A DNA stretch of 63,267 nt, filler included, from Collodictyon triciliatum (lineage: Eukaryota), in NCBI GenBank assembly GCA_043381765.1. It is 5 parts of 5 records of this genome, joined end to end, with 100 filler letters (N's around TTAATTAATTAA, not from the genome) between each part and the next. Parts side by side here need not be neighbours in the genome. Positions count along the whole stretch, not along the records: positions 56,459 to 63,267 come from JBHJMP010000134.1; 4 more parts are not named here. One strand, written 5' to 3'. The notes under the pieces were generated by a model. The model did no database searches. It was not told the origin of the DNA and worked only from the letters and a program-made list of their open reading frames with translations. The translations under genes and the position numbers were made by a program. Below, piece after piece: positions 63,155-63,267 of the stretch (its first letter is position 1; each line of letters begins with the position of its first letter).

Positions 63155-63267
63155 GAAGAAATAAAAGAGAATAAAAGAGAATAAAAGAGAATAAAAGAGA
63201 ATAAAAGAGAATAAAAGAGAATAAAAGAGAATAAAAGAGAATAAAAGAGAATAAAAGAGAATAAAAG
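63155..63267. repeat. (AATAAAAGAG)n decamer repeat
   Basis: Perfect tandem units to the window end. Confidence 0.95.

Overview
Eukaryotic, very intron-dense and microsatellite-rich DNA, probably a flagellated protist (inferred from Rab28, a fibrocystin-L-like gene and DUF707; the species cannot be determined from this window). The window is five scaffolds joined by artificial N44-TTAATTAATTAA-N44 linkers, so adjacency across linkers is meaningless. Segment 1 (1-28054): ubiquitin E1 UBA1 (about 33 exons, minus) divergent from a giant fibrocystin-L/PKHD1L1-like surface protein (plus, 3'-truncated). Segment 2 (28155-43125) is the most interesting: an intronless Ser/Thr kinase fused to what looks like a catalytically dead microbial-type PARG domain and two PBZ-like fingers, a spliced TPR-like C-terminus with no visible N-terminus, a decayed RLE-type non-LTR retrotransposon, a gene with two duplicated five-finger PBZ-like cassettes flanking a degenerate DarT-like ADP-ribosyltransferase fold, and a partial CCHC-knuckle gene. 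I propose this as a candidate ADP-ribose reader/pseudoenzyme signalling locus; the domain calls were made by eye and need HMM or structure confirmation. Segment 3: 3' end of a flavin amine oxidase convergent with PMS2. Segment 4: VPS13 C-terminus with a candidate U12-type GT-AT intron. Segment 5: DUF707 glycosyltransferase-like gene, Rab28 and a partial RPEL-repeat gene. Exon structures were spliced by hand.
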